Shown: in pieces, positions 1 to 8,533 of the stretch
Layout of the letters: the number at the start of each line of letters is the position of its first letter
Numbering within the stretch: the first letter of the stretch is position 1
From: Sedimentisphaerales bacterium
GTDB taxonomy: Bacteria > Planctomycetota > Phycisphaerae > Sedimentisphaerales > SM23-30
Direction of reading: 5' to 3'
Length of the DNA stretch: 64,000 bases
Assembly (NCBI GenBank): GCA_028281535.1
Contig: JANQJS010000047.1
Span: 1,513 to 65,512 of the forward strand
Program-made: the position numbers and the translations under genes
Notes under the pieces: generated by a model
Told to the model about the DNA's origin: nothing
Seen by the model: the letters and a program-made list of their open reading frames with translations, nothing else
Database searches by the model: none

Positions 1-1
1 A

Positions 2-874
2 GCTTTGTATGCATTTGATGGAACGAATAATAATAAGTATGATGACACACTTGTTCAAACTAATGTCGCAATTTTGTATGAAACATATCTTAAAAAGAAT
101 AATTCTAAGTATTATAAAGGAGTTGGTACATATGAGGATAGGTATTTTGATAGTACCTTAGGTAGCGGTACAGGTGCAGGAGGTCGTGCCATTCTTGATA
201 AAGCTTATAAGGATTTGATTAGAAACTTTAGAAAAGGTGATAAGGATATTGATATTATTGGTTTTAGTCGAGGAGCAGCTTTGGCCCGAGAATTTTCTAA
301 TATGATTTATAATCGGAAAAACCCACTAGACTGGGCTTATGAATCTGATGGAGTAAAAAATGCTTGCGTTGGCATACCGCCAAAAATTAGATTCTTGGGA
401 CTATTTGATACCGTTTCGTCTTTTGGGATTCCTGGTAATAAGACAAATTATGGGAAGGTTTTAAACCTTCCTCCTAATGTAATTATTGCAAGACACGCAG
501 TTGCTATGCATGAGCGAAGAAGTGGTTTTCCGTTAGATTCCATTATGCCGAGTTATGGATATTTAGATCCAACCTCACGTCTTATTGAGAAACCTTTTAT
601 TGGTGCTCATGCAGATATCGGAGGTGGTTATAAAGATAATTATCTTACAAAAAGACCTCTTGTTTGGATGCGTGATGAAGGGGTTAAAGCAGGAGTTCCA
701 TTCGGCGAACTAGACTTAAGCCACATACAACAACAACGAATTGGGCTTGGTATTCATCAGTCCAATGCATGGTTTTGGCTCTTTAGAGATCATCCAATAT
801 TTGATAATTATGAAGATCTTGTTGAAGCAATGAAAGATAATCGTGTTATACATTACCGCAAACCAATAGAGTAA
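2..874 (+). CDS. DUF2235/Tle1-like phospholipase toxin domain, 5'-truncated (probably the C-terminal toxin of an upstream Rhs protein)
   Basis: The frame is open from the window edge. Motifs AFDGT, YYKGVGT, IIGFSRGAA (GxSxG nucleophile), LGLFDTV, HAVAMHERR and GAHADIGGG are typical of DUF2235 alpha/beta hydrolases. Confidence 0.85.
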   Translation, partial: ALYAFDGTNNNKYDDTLVQTNVAILYETYLKKNNSKYYKGVGTYEDRYFDSTLGSGTGAGGRAILDKAYKDLIRNFRKGDKDIDIIGFSRGAALAREFSNMIYNRKNPLDWAYESDGVKNACVGIPPKIRFLGLFDTVSSFGIPGNKTNYGKVLNLPPNVIIARHAVAMHERRSGFPLDSIMPSYGYLDPTSRLIEKPFIGAHADIGGGYKDNYLTKRPLVWMRDEGVKAGVPFGELDLSHIQQQRIGLGIHQSNAWFWLFRDHPIFDNYEDLVEAMKDNRVIHYRKPIE

Positions 875-908
875 AACTTAATCATAAAAATATCGCATAG
901 GTGTATTA

Positions 909-1568
909 ATGAAAAAGATTGTGTTCTCAACAATAATTATTATGTTTATTTCGTTTTTCATTTTTCTATTCATCTATTTTTCGTGGAAAGATGAAAAGAG
1001 TGCAAATAATGAAATGCCTTGGTTTGCTCCAAACAAACAAGCTGTCTTGCAATCAAGGCTTAAGCCGAGTATTGGCCCTACTGGGCCAATACGACTTTAC
1101 CGATGGAAATATTCTTGGGGCGAATCTGAGTTCCCAAAAGAAATCGTAGAAAAAATAGATGAATTTTTTAATGAAAAAAAAATGATAGATGAGTGGGCAT
1201 CTGGGCTAGGAACTGTCAATGGGATTTCGCAAAGATTAGCACCTTATAAAATATATATTATTTCAGTTAATCCTCTAGTTCTGATTTTTGAAGAATATGA
1301 TTACGGCGATATAAAGGAGAGATCTATTTTTCAAATAATGGGGCCAGTTAAGGAAAGATGGGGGTTGCAATCGCGACATTTACTCAATGACTATAAATAT
1401 TTAACAAAATTTGAATACACAGGTGTTTTACATTGGTGTTCACCCGACATGGACATTCATTTGACTCCCGTTGAATTTTTGCAAACGAATACATACACAA
1501 TTCCTCTTCCAGATGGACAACTAGAGCTTAAAAAAGAAAGAAATAGTTTAATAACAAAGCGAAAATAA
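909..1568 (+). CDS. Membrane-anchored hypothetical protein, candidate cognate immunity protein for the lipase toxin
   Basis: Lies 34 bp downstream of the toxin, has an N-terminal hydrophobic anchor and is AT-rich. The function is inferred from position. Confidence 0.55.
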   Translation: MKKIVFSTIIIMFISFFIFLFIYFSWKDEKSANNEMPWFAPNKQAVLQSRLKPSIGPTGPIRLYRWKYSWGESEFPKEIVEKIDEFFNEKKMIDEWASGLGTVNGISQRLAPYKIYIISVNPLVLIFEEYDYGDIKERSIFQIMGPVKERWGLQSRHLLNDYKYLTKFEYTGVLHWCSPDMDIHLTPVEFLQTNTYTIPLPDGQLELKKERNSLITKRK

Positions 1569-1620
1569 CTGTAGTATTATCCAGAAAATATGGGAAATGA
1601 AAGATAAGTAAAGATTTTAT

Positions 1621-2373
1621 ATGAAGAAAAAATTATTGAAAATAACAGTATTTTTGTTTGTCTTTATTGCTGGAATTGTGATTACCGTTAAGTTTAAGGA
1701 GATGTCATTTTACTTTTACAATGCTGTCTGTGCTGGCGATTCTCCAAAAATTAAATCTGTTATTTCAAACTATCCTTTTTTTGTAAATCACAAATGGGGT
1801 AAATATAAATATACACCTTTGCATGTGGCTGCAGCAAGTGGGTATTCAGATATTGTAAAATTATTGCTTGATAACGGGGCTAAAGTGAATTCGAAATCAG
1901 CAGAAGGGAAAACACCATTAGATTATGCTATTCGAGAGTCAGCATATACCTCGGTTGAAGTATTAATTAAACATGGTGGGCAAAGCCCTTATTTAATCCA
2001 TTACTATGCTAATACAGGGAATCTAGAAAAGATTATAGAAATTTTAAATGTCAATCCCGAATTTATTGAGTTGCCATGGGAAGAATATGGGGATACCCCA
2101 CTCATGCGAGCGGTGAGTGAAAACCATAAAAATATAGCGGAATATTTAATTACCAAGGGGGCTGATGTAAATACCACTGATTATAAAGGCAATACGATTG
2201 TACATCGTGCCCTTTTGACATGCGATAAAGATATGTTAAAACTTGTGGTTTCATCTGGGGCTGATGTCAATAAAAAGAATGAATATGAGAACTCCCCTTT
2301 AGATTTGATCGAGATTCTTCAAGACGAAGCGTTTAAGGATGTTGCTCGAGAATTAATCACACAAGTAAGTTAA
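1621..2373 (+). CDS. Exported ankyrin-repeat protein, candidate immunity protein
   Basis: N-terminal signal/TM segment. Ankyrin motifs TPLHVAAASG, GKTPLDYA, GDTPLMRAV and GADVN. Confidence 0.85.
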   Translation: MKKKLLKITVFLFVFIAGIVITVKFKEMSFYFYNAVCAGDSPKIKSVISNYPFFVNHKWGKYKYTPLHVAAASGYSDIVKLLLDNGAKVNSKSAEGKTPLDYAIRESAYTSVEVLIKHGGQSPYLIHYYANTGNLEKIIEILNVNPEFIELPWEEYGDTPLMRAVSENHKNIAEYLITKGADVNTTDYKGNTIVHRALLTCDKDMLKLVVSSGADVNKKNEYENSPLDLIEILQDEAFKDVARELITQVS

Positions 2374-2417
2374 TGACATTTTTGGGAATAGTTGAATAAA
2401 GAAATAACAGGGGTTAT

Positions 2418-4247
2418 GTGGATATTGATCTTTCCTATAATTTAGTGGAGCGCGTACAAACGCAGACTGCTACGGAGTATAATCGTAAAGGTAAGCCGTT
2501 AGCAGAGCCTGTGATGTCGATGTTCTCATATGAAGCCTCTGGTGAGCAGCAATCTCAATCGGGCCCTCAAGCCCCTGAGCCTATGCTTGAAACCTTTAAT
2601 TATGATGATTTAGGTAATCGCCAGGATTATGTGCGAGACATTGGTTTAGGATATACCCATTCAGAAACCTATACGACCAATGATTTTAATCAATACACCC
2701 AAATTACGACGGATCCACTTGTTGGGTCGATTGTTTCAGAGTCATTACAATATGATTTGGCAGGGAATCTGATCGTCGATAAGCAGGGGTATCAATATTT
2801 CTATGATGAAGAAAATCGACTCATTGGTGTTGATGATATTAATAATAATCCAGTCGTTGACTATGAGTATGATGCCTTTGGGCGTCGAATTCGTATGGAA
2901 GATGCCGCGACGAATGTAACGAGCTACTATTATTATGATATGGACTGGCGTGTGACAAGCGAATATGAGCATGCCACGTCGTTGTCGGCAACTGAACCCC
3001 CCAAGCTGGCTCGCAGCTTTATCTATGGCAACGGCATCGATGAAGTGTTGGGTATGTTTTGTCCTGGGTCGCCAGAAAGTGGTAGTACCAGTGATTTAAC
3101 CACACTGGGGCAATTTGCAGCTACCTGGCTGAAGACGTCTACGGATTCAGGGTATAATGGTACATTTGATACTAATACAGACAATAAAATCACTTTGCCT
3201 GATTTTACCTCACTGCGTACTGGTTGGACCTATCAGTCCGCCGGACCAGAGCAACGATGGTATTATCTGAAAGATGGCCTTGGCAGTGTGATGGGCGTAG
3301 TTGGTAGCCACTCAAGAGCCGAAAGCGAATTCTATCTATACGATGTCTATGGCAAATCCAATGATCAGACCCACATAGGTAACCCTTATCGCTTCACAGG
3401 AAGACGACTTGATATTCTCGATCAAGGTCAATTTGAATTGCAATATAACCGCAATCGATATTACCATAATGACCTTGGGAGGTGGTTGAATCCAGACCCC
3501 GCAGGATATGTTGATGGCTTAAACAAGTATCAATATGTTATGAGTAATCCAACAGGGCATGTTGATCCTGATGGCAAAGTGGCAAAACCTGTTTTGAACG
3601 CATTAAGTAAGCTAGTTGGTGCAAGTTTTACTGTGTCTGGAATGGCAAGTGAATTCAACCCGTATTCTCTATCTATAACAAAGATTTCTGATGATACTCC
3701 AATAGCAGCTCCTACTATAAGTGTGGCACCTTACTGGCATAATCTTGATATATATTTTCAATGGAATTTAAGGGATAAAGGAAATATTTTAAAATTTTGT
3801 GAAGCTGATTTAGAAGGAAAACCCTGTAATCCAAAGAAATATTTCCTTGTAGATAGCATAAGAACTGTGTGTAAAAATTGGCGATATAAAATTGAATATT
3901 TGCATAGAAATAAGCTTGGGAAACTCCACCAAGGTTTTACTAATAATTTAGGAGATGTAAGGACTGAAATATTAAATATGTATACAGATCTACATTGGAA
4001 ATCATTTGATTGTGATTGTCGCTCAAAAACTTGGAAAATAGATACAGAAGATATAAATAAGAATTATAATATACTGGAAAGAAGAGCAAGACAGATGTAC
4101 TTGGACTATATTAACTGGAATGGAGGTGATTATACACCTTATTATATAAACCAATATTTAATGCCCTTGGGGTATAATCAGTTTAGCTATCAAACGGATT
4201 ATTTAGCTAAAATATTAGAACGCTTAGGAGTGTTTAGAATACAATAA
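2418..4247 (+). CDS. Orphan Rhs C-terminal module (partial YD repeats + Rhs core + variable toxin CT)
   Basis: YD repeats (YDDLGNR, YDLAGNL, YDEENRL, YDAFGRR), core motifs YLKDGLGSV, NPYRFTGR and YNRNRYY...GRWLNPDPAG, and the cleavage motif NPTGHVDPDG ending at 3575. The ORF has no full-length N-terminus. Confidence 0.9.
   Translation: MDIDLSYNLVERVQTQTATEYNRKGKPLAEPVMSMFSYEASGEQQSQSGPQAPEPMLETFNYDDLGNRQDYVRDIGLGYTHSETYTTNDFNQYTQITTDPLVGSIVSESLQYDLAGNLIVDKQGYQYFYDEENRLIGVDDINNNPVVDYEYDAFGRRIRMEDAATNVTSYYYYDMDWRVTSEYEHATSLSATEPPKLARSFIYGNGIDEVLGMFCPGSPESGSTSDLTTLGQFAATWLKTSTDSGYNGTFDTNTDNKITLPDFTSLRTGWTYQSAGPEQRWYYLKDGLGSVMGVVGSHSRAESEFYLYDVYGKSNDQTHIGNPYRFTGRRLDILDQGQFELQYNRNRYYHNDLGRWLNPDPAGYVDGLNKYQYVMSNPTGHVDPDGKVAKPVLNALSKLVGASFTVSGMASEFNPYSLSITKISDDTPIAAPTISVAPYWHNLDIYFQWNLRDKGNILKFCEADLEGKPCNPKKYFLVDSIRTVCKNWRYKIEYLHRNKLGKLHQGFTNNLGDVRTEILNMYTDLHWKSFDCDCRSKTWKIDTEDINKNYNILERRARQMYLDYINWNGGDYTPYYINQYLMPLGYNQFSYQTDYLAKILERLGVFRIQ
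2474..2783 (+). repeat. 310-bp direct repeat, copy 1 (Rhs repeat region)
   Basis: Colinear with 5431-5740. About 21 mismatches by manual comparison, and the first 87 bp are identical. Confidence 0.95.
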
Positions 4248-4291
4248 AAAGTTTGCAGTGGGAGCCTCTGTGAATTAAGGAGTTATGTACT

Positions 4292-5401
4292 ATGTATTTA
4301 TTAAGAATTATTACCATTCTTGCAGTTATGACTTTTGGTGCCTGTAATCTGTTTTCAGGACAAAATAAAAATAATGCTAATTTCTTTGAAATTGTAAAAA
4401 AAGGACAAGTTGAAAAACTAAAAACGCTGATAGATCGTGGATTTGACCTGAATGTTAAAGATGATTCTGGAAAAACGGCATTGCATTATGCTGATTATAA
4501 CATAGCTCAAGTATTGTTGAGAAATAACGCTAATGCCAATATAAAAGATGAGAATGGTTTGCTACCATTAGATATGGTATTTAGTAAGCTTAAGGAAGCC
4601 CATGACACTTCTCTTGGTGAGCATTTAAAAAAGCAATATTTACTTTATGTTTCAAATGGTGCGAAGTTTGGTTTAGGATTTGAAAATTATAGCAAATTAG
4701 ATGCTGCTTCGGAAAAAGCATTTATAGCGATAATAAATGATGCTTTAGCAAATAAGGTTGATTTGAATTCAATAATTGATCAATGTCAACGAATTCCAAT
4801 ATGCCAGGCTGTGTTAGATAATTATCCTAATGGTCTTAACTTTCTTATCAAAAATAATATTAATGTGAATACCATTGATCCACTTAGTAAATTTTCATCC
4901 CTCCATTATGCTGTGTTATCAAAAAATAAAGACATCACGTTTCTCTTGTTATTATTTGGTGGTGATGTGAACTTGAAATGTAAAAATGAAGAAATGACAC
5001 CATTTGAGTGGGCATTGACTGTTGGGAATTATGATATGGAAATGTTGGAATTATTATATAATCATGGTGCAGTAACAGAGCATAATGGCCTGGGTGAAAA
5101 ATATTCATTTTTACCACAATTAATGCAGTCAAATGCAGGTGTTGTAAGAATATATTTAAAAGCATGTGGTGATGCCAATCTTGATGCGACTGATTCTTTT
5201 GGAGAATCAGTAATGTATCAAGCAGTTCGGCATAATAAAATTGATATTGTAGATTTACTTTTATCAAAAGGGGCAGATGTTACTATAAAAAACAAATTTG
5301 GTGAGACAGCGTTAGATTATGCTTATTTAAAAGAAAACAGGGCGATCATCGAATTATTTTATAAATATCATCCAGAGTTAAAAACAAAAATAGAAAAATA
5401 A
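4292..5401 (+). CDS. Exported (possible lipoprotein) ankyrin-repeat protein, candidate immunity for the Rhs-CT
   Basis: AAGGAG RBS, a signal peptide ending FGAC, and ankyrin motifs GKTALHYA, SSLHYAV, TPFEWA and GETALDYA. Lies directly after the Rhs-CT. Confidence 0.85.
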   Translation: MYLLRIITILAVMTFGACNLFSGQNKNNANFFEIVKKGQVEKLKTLIDRGFDLNVKDDSGKTALHYADYNIAQVLLRNNANANIKDENGLLPLDMVFSKLKEAHDTSLGEHLKKQYLLYVSNGAKFGLGFENYSKLDAASEKAFIAIINDALANKVDLNSIIDQCQRIPICQAVLDNYPNGLNFLIKNNINVNTIDPLSKFSSLHYAVLSKNKDITFLLLLFGGDVNLKCKNEEMTPFEWALTVGNYDMEMLELLYNHGAVTEHNGLGEKYSFLPQLMQSNAGVVRIYLKACGDANLDATDSFGESVMYQAVRHNKIDIVDLLLSKGADVTIKNKFGETALDYAYLKENRAIIELFYKYHPELKTKIEK

Positions 5402-5428
5402 TTTTTAGGGCGCTTTTGCCTTTTATTA

Positions 5429-5749
5429 ATGGAGTATAATCGTAAAGGTAAGCCGTTAGCAGAGCCTGTGATGTCGATGTTCTCATATGAAGCCTCTGGT
5501 GAGCAGCAATCTCAATCCGGCCCTCAAACGCCTTATCCAACGATTGAAACATTTAACTATGATGATTTAGGTAATCGCCAGGATTATGTGCGAGACATTG
5601 GTTTAGGATATACCCATTCGGAAACCTATACGACCAATGATTTTAATCAATATACTCAAATTACGACGGATCCGATTTTAGGATCGATTGTTACAGACTC
5701 ATTACAATATGATTTGGCAGGGAATCTGATCGTTGATAAGAATACCTAA
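5429..5749 (+). pseudogene. Truncated Rhs fragment (stub of another orphan module)
   Basis: Near-identical to residues ~20-122 of the 2418 ORF, then stops before the Rhs core. Confidence 0.85.
5431..5740 (+). repeat. 310-bp direct repeat, copy 2
   Basis: Matches 2474-2783 from GGAGTATAATCGTAAAGG to GATAAG. Confidence 0.95.
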
Positions 5750-6168
5750 CTTGTGAAATAGATATGCGGACGTTGATACTTTTGATATTAGCTCAATTAT
5801 GCTAACTGGAAAAAATAAGAATATTCCTAAGTATTTATTTTTCCATTACCTTCGTTAATTTACCCTCCTATAAAGTCGATATCACTTCTATAGTTTCTAA
5901 CTGATGAAACCACCGCTACAGGCTGGCATTTATCGGACGGGAGCCATGTGTGGAAAATATACTATATTCAATGTATACAAGGGATTACATGGCGTTAAAA
6001 ACACGCATAAACAGGGATTTAATAGTCTGGTCCTCTCAACGGGTCGAATTCGAACCGACACAGAAGCTGGAATCTGATTATTCATCTAAAATCATTGAAT
6101 TATTATAAGACCTTGGTGACATGGTTTGAAAAAAAGTGATTATAAATTGCGCTGAATAAAACGATACG

Positions 6169-6828
6169 ATGAACTTAAAACAAGCAAATAACAATCAGAA
6201 TAAACAGTCGATTTGGCAATGGATGATTCATTGCAAGATTCTGCTATGTCTGTTTATTTCGATATTGTTTGTTTCTCCAGCTCCGCAATTTTTATCCGCA
6301 AAATCTGATTCCGGTTCTTATAAAGAATATGAAGTTAAAGCGGCATTTATTTATAACTTCCTGAAATATGTTGAGTGGCCAGAGAAAAAGATTGGCGAAA
6401 AATCTAATCCGCTGGTTTTCGGGGTTTGTGGGAATGATGCATTTTCGACAGTTAAAAAAGTACTTGAAAACAAAAAGATCAATGATCACTCAATTAAGGT
6501 CATACCAATTAATGATGATCATTTAAAAGATCAAAAATATCTTGATTCTTGCCATATCATATTATTCAGCACGAGAGAAGGTAGGGATCCAAAAGCAATC
6601 ATTAGTAAAATCGAAAATAGTGCCATATTAACCATTGGTGAACAGGAGGATTTCCTGGATAAAGGCGGTATTTTTAATTTTGTGCTCGAAAACAAAAAAA
6701 TTCGTTTTGAAGTAAACCTAGAGGCGGCAGGAAAAGCTAATATTAAAATTCGATCAAAAGTATTGCGTTTAGCAAAACGGGTTAAGAAAGTGGATAAAGC
6801 TGAAGATTCAAAAAAAGGACAACATTAA
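6169..6828 (+). CDS. YfiR-family (DUF4154) periplasmic protein
   Basis: Signal peptide. EYEVKAAFIYNFLKYVEWP, ILTIGE...FLDKGG and KIRFEVNLEAA...IRSKVLRLA are YfiR-family signatures. Confidence 0.9.
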   Translation: MNLKQANNNQNKQSIWQWMIHCKILLCLFISILFVSPAPQFLSAKSDSGSYKEYEVKAAFIYNFLKYVEWPEKKIGEKSNPLVFGVCGNDAFSTVKKVLENKKINDHSIKVIPINDDHLKDQKYLDSCHIILFSTREGRDPKAIISKIENSAILTIGEQEDFLDKGGIFNFVLENKKIRFEVNLEAAGKANIKIRSKVLRLAKRVKKVDKAEDSKKGQH

Positions 6829-6871
6829 GTTGAAAATAGAAAATCAATGATGGTAGTGAAATACTAAATAA

Positions 6872-8533
6872 GTGAGAACTATTATGGCTGGGTTAAAAAA
6901 TTTGACAATAAGGTATAAACTAACGGCGATCGTTATGATCATCAGTGTAGCTGTATTGTTGATGACATCCGTTGCATATATTGCCTATGAGCAAAAAACG
7001 CTTCGAAATGAGCTCGTCGACAACATCTACTGTATTGCCAAGATGATTGGTGATAATTGTGAAGCCGCGCTGATCTTTGATGATTCCGAAGACGCAGGAG
7101 CAACACTGGCGACATTACAAGCTGTGCCATCAATTACCTATGCCTGCATTTATACTCCGGATGGTAAAGTCTTTGCTGAATATTATTCAAATGATGCTGT
7201 TGGGGTGGTATCACCACCATCTTGTAAGACGAATTGTCACAATTTTGAAAATGGATCCTTTAATTTATTCCAACAGATAGAAGGAGAAGATGGTCAAGTA
7301 GGTACCGTATTTATTAAGACTAATTTGGATGAGCTTTATCAGGTGATGATCCAGAATATTGAAATTACCATAGTTCTAATTATTGTCGCATCATTCATTG
7401 CTTATATATTATGTATCAAATTACAAAAAATTATTTCAGAACCGATTCTTAAGCTGGCCAATACCGCTCAGGATATTTCAAGAAATCATGAATATGCAGA
7501 ATGTACCGCTAATCATAGTGGTGATGAAATTGGTGTTTTGATTGAATCCTTCAATGAAATGGTTCATCAGATTCAGGAGCGTGAAATGGCTCTGAGGGAA
7601 AGTGAAGAAAAAATTCGCTCATTTAACGAAGAGTTAGAGCAGCGAGTTAAAGAGCGTACGGCAGAATTAAAAGAAACCCATGAAAAATTAGTCACTGTTT
7701 CATGGCAAGCAGGCATGGCTGAAGTCGCAACCGATGTGTTGCACAACGTGGGAAATGTTTTAAATAGTGTGAATGTATCCGTTAATCTGATCACGGAAAA
7801 TATACAAGATTCCAAGGTATTAAAATTAAAAGAAGTGACGGACATGATGAATGAACGTCTGGATGATATTTCTAACTTCTTAGCGCATGACCCTAAAGGT
7901 CAACGGATACCATCCTACTTAAACAAAGTAAGTAGCATTCTAACTAATGAGCAAACGAACACTTTGCATCAACTGCAAACATTGTCTAAGAATGTGGAGC
8001 ATATTAAGGAGATTGTTCGTATGCAACAATCCTATGCAAAAGTGTCTGGTATTGAATTAGAAATGTCAATTCAAGAGCTGATTGACGATGCGATGCAAAT
8101 TAATATGTCCAGTTTGAAACGGCATCATATTAATGTTGAATACAATTTTGAAGATTTACCTAAGTTGTATATTGACAAGCAAAAAGTTCTGCAAATATTA
8201 GTAAATTTAATTAATAATGCTAAGGATGCATTAGCGGAAAGTGATCAGACTGATAAGCAGATTACAATTACTGTCTGTAAAGAACATGATGATATGGTAT
8301 CGCTTGAAGTAGCGGATAATGGTATCGGAATAGAGGCAGGAAATCTTGATAAAGTATTTCGCCATGGGTTTACTACGAAACCAGAAGGCCATGGCTTTGG
8401 ATTACATAGCAGTGCTTTAGCTGCAAAAGAAATGAAGGGACGACTGACAATTCTGAGTGATGGAATTGGTAAAGGGGCGTCTGTAAAATTAAATCTTCCA
8501 TTTAAACCAGTGGAGATGAGCAATGAAAAGTAA
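6872..8533 (+). CDS. Sensor histidine kinase (YfiN-like periplasmic domain, HAMP, kinase)
   Basis: Two TM helices, periplasmic EAALIFDD..A...L, HAMP (DEIGVLIESFNEM), H-box VLHNVGN, N-box NLINNAKDA and G-boxes DNGIGI / GHGFGL. Confidence 0.9.
   Translation: MRTIMAGLKNLTIRYKLTAIVMIISVAVLLMTSVAYIAYEQKTLRNELVDNIYCIAKMIGDNCEAALIFDDSEDAGATLATLQAVPSITYACIYTPDGKVFAEYYSNDAVGVVSPPSCKTNCHNFENGSFNLFQQIEGEDGQVGTVFIKTNLDELYQVMIQNIEITIVLIIVASFIAYILCIKLQKIISEPILKLANTAQDISRNHEYAECTANHSGDEIGVLIESFNEMVHQIQEREMALRESEEKIRSFNEELEQRVKERTAELKETHEKLVTVSWQAGMAEVATDVLHNVGNVLNSVNVSVNLITENIQDSKVLKLKEVTDMMNERLDDISNFLAHDPKGQRIPSYLNKVSSILTNEQTNTLHQLQTLSKNVEHIKEIVRMQQSYAKVSGIELEMSIQELIDDAMQINMSSLKRHHINVEYNFEDLPKLYIDKQKVLQILVNLINNAKDALAESDQTDKQITITVCKEHDDMVSLEVADNGIGIEAGNLDKVFRHGFTTKPEGHGFGLHSSALAAKEMKGRLTILSDGIGKGASVKLNLPFKPVEMSNEK

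Noticed and set aside
5901..5960. CTGATGA...GAAA hammerhead-like core or riboswitch upstream of the YfiR gene
   Set aside because: No convincing stems flank the core, and no c-di-GMP riboswitch consensus is visible.
6043..6059. tRNA T-arm-like hairpin on the minus strand (GTCGG-TTCGAAT-TCGAC) near the Rhs array boundary
   Set aside because: No D-arm, anticodon arm or correctly spaced acceptor stem. It could be chance or a decayed remnant; tRNAscan-SE or ARAGORN would settle it.
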